Source: an uncultured Solirubrobacterales bacterium (GTDB taxonomy: Bacteria; Actinomycetota; Thermoleophilia; Solirubrobacterales; Solirubrobacteraceae). Taken from it: a stretch of DNA of 64,000 nucleotides. Position 1 is the first letter of the stretch. Each line of letters opens with the position of its first letter. The notes beneath the pieces were generated by a model, which ran no database searches, was not told the origin of the DNA, and was given only the letters and a program-made list of their open reading frames with translations. Of this stretch, positions 63,159 to 64,000 are shown piece by piece. The stretch spans positions 217,371-281,370 of the forward strand of contig CAWIDF010000008.1 in assembly GCA_963834885.1 (NCBI GenBank), in the 5' to 3' direction. A program made the position numbers and the translations under genes.

Positions 63159-64000
63159 ATGGCCGGCACCGTGCCGGACACCGCCGCCGGCACGCCGAGG
63201 GCGTTCATGTGGTCGAGGAACTCGGGATAGGAGATCCGGTACGCGTGCGGGTAGGACAGCTCGGTCACGCCGGACGCGATCGACCCCGCCACGGTCAGCG
63301 CCATCAGCACCCGGTGGTCGTTGAACGAGGACAGGTTGGCCCCGCGCAGCCGCGGCACGCCCTCGAAGGTCATGTCGTTGCCGTCGAACTCGATCCTCGC
63401 GCCCATCTTGCGCAGCTGGAGCATCGACGCTACTCGGTCGGACTCCTTGAGCCGGACGTGGGCGACGTGGCCGAGCGCGCTGCGCCCGCGGGCGCGGGCG
63501 GCCAGCACGGACAGGATCGGGACCATGTCGGGGATGTCGCGGCAATCGAGCGGGCCGCCCTCCGGCGGGGTGCCGTCGTGGTCCATCGAGATCGAGTGCT
63601 CGTCCTCGGCGATCCGGAACGGGACGCCCGCGGCCATCAGGTTCTCGAGCACGGCCGCCTCGGGGTGCCCGGCGATCGTGGTCGGGCTGCGGAAGGTGAC
63701 CTTGGACGGGTGCAGCGTGCACGCGGCCAGCCCGAACATGGCCGAGCCCAGGTCGGCCGGAAGCGTGACGTTGCCGGCGTGGGGTCGCTGGTCCGGCTCG
63801 ATGTAGAACTCGCGCCAGTCCTCGCGCGCTGAGACCTCGAGGCCGAACTGACGCATCATGTCGATCGTGAGCTCGAGGTAGGGGCGCTCGTTGAGCTCGC
63901 CGCGCACCTCGACCACGGTCGGCTCGCTCGCGTACGGCGCCAGCATGAGCAGGCCGGAGATCCACTGGGAGAGCGTGCCGTCGATCCGGATCCGCCCGCC
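63155..64000 (-). CDS. EPSP-synthase (AroA)-fold protein, AnsJ-like; 5' truncated by window edge
   Basis: IPDMVP, RLKESDR, NDHR, SYPEF; open frame to 64000 reading IDGTLSQWISGLLM...GELNERPY. Confidence 0.85.
   Translation of the reverse strand, partial: GGRIRIDGTLSQWISGLLMLAPYASEPTVVEVRGELNERPYLELTIDMMRQFGLEVSAREDWREFYIEPDQRPHAGNVTLPADLGSAMFGLAACTLHPSKVTFRSPTTIAGHPEAAVLENLMAAGVPFRIAEDEHSISMDHDGTPPEGGPLDCRDIPDMVPILSVLAARARGRSALGHVAHVRLKESDRVASMLQLRKMGARIEFDGNDMTFEGVPRLRGANLSSFNDHRVLMALTVAGSIASGVTELSYPHAYRISYPEFLDHMNALGVPAAVSGTVPAI

Noticed and set aside
61644-63965. 773-aa ORF as an EPSPS-CoA ligase fusion like PlmJK
   Set aside because: The EPSPS-like sequence is in another frame with its own stop at 63155; the two genes are separate, though coupled. 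A frameshifted fusion is not supported without read data
433-64000. Many long antisense and alternate-frame ORFs (e.g. 433-2016, 4357-6051, 20246-22549, 51886-54522, 51947-54256, 55157-57127)
   Set aside because: Expected in high-GC DNA with few stop codons; Arg/Ala/Pro-rich, no motifs, fully overlapping well-supported genes
1-64000. CRISPR arrays, tRNA/rRNA, IS elements, prophage, toxin-antitoxin or defence genes
   Set aside because: No spaced direct repeats, cloverleaf-like intergenic sequence, transposase, integrase or defence motifs recognised by eye; small RNAs could be missed without covariance searches

Overview
High-GC bacterial chromosomal window of about 57 densely packed CDSs. Gene content and style suggest Actinomycetota, probably Thermoleophilia/Solirubrobacterales (inference). 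I saw no rRNA, tRNA, CRISPR array, transposase, integrase or phage gene. All family assignments are by-eye motif recognition or comparison with remembered reference sequences; no searches were run. Main blocks: (1) 0.5-12.3 kb, an IclR-associated 10-gene operon with a peptide-family ABC importer, Zn alcohol dehydrogenase, a formaldehyde-activating-enzyme (Fae) homolog, an enolase-superfamily enzyme, ALDH and two hydroxyacid dehydrogenases, with no methanopterin genes nearby. (2) 12.3-22.5 kb, GH79, a P450 coupled to hutI-hutU-IclR, an EamA exporter and a histidine-ammonia-lyase-like protein lacking the Ala-Ser-Gly MIO triad, then fumC. (3) 22.5-36 kb, ECF sigma with hydrolase and MFS, FTR1 iron permease with tandem IdeR/DtxR-like boxes, and housekeeping genes. 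(4) 36-44 kb, ribokinase, MFS, ROK regulator and an envelope cluster (Cys-repeat propeller, AT3-SGNH acyltransferase, stand-alone SGNH). (5) 44-59.6 kb, mixed housekeeping genes. (6) 59.7-64 kb, an EPSP-synthase-like gene, CoA ligase, acyl-CoA dehydrogenase and ChcA-like reductase in the order of the shikimate-to-cyclohexanecarboxyl-CoA cassette. The strongest candidates for undescribed biology are the MIO-less lyase/hut/P450 locus, the Fae-homolog catabolic operon and the stand-alone CHC-CoA cassette.
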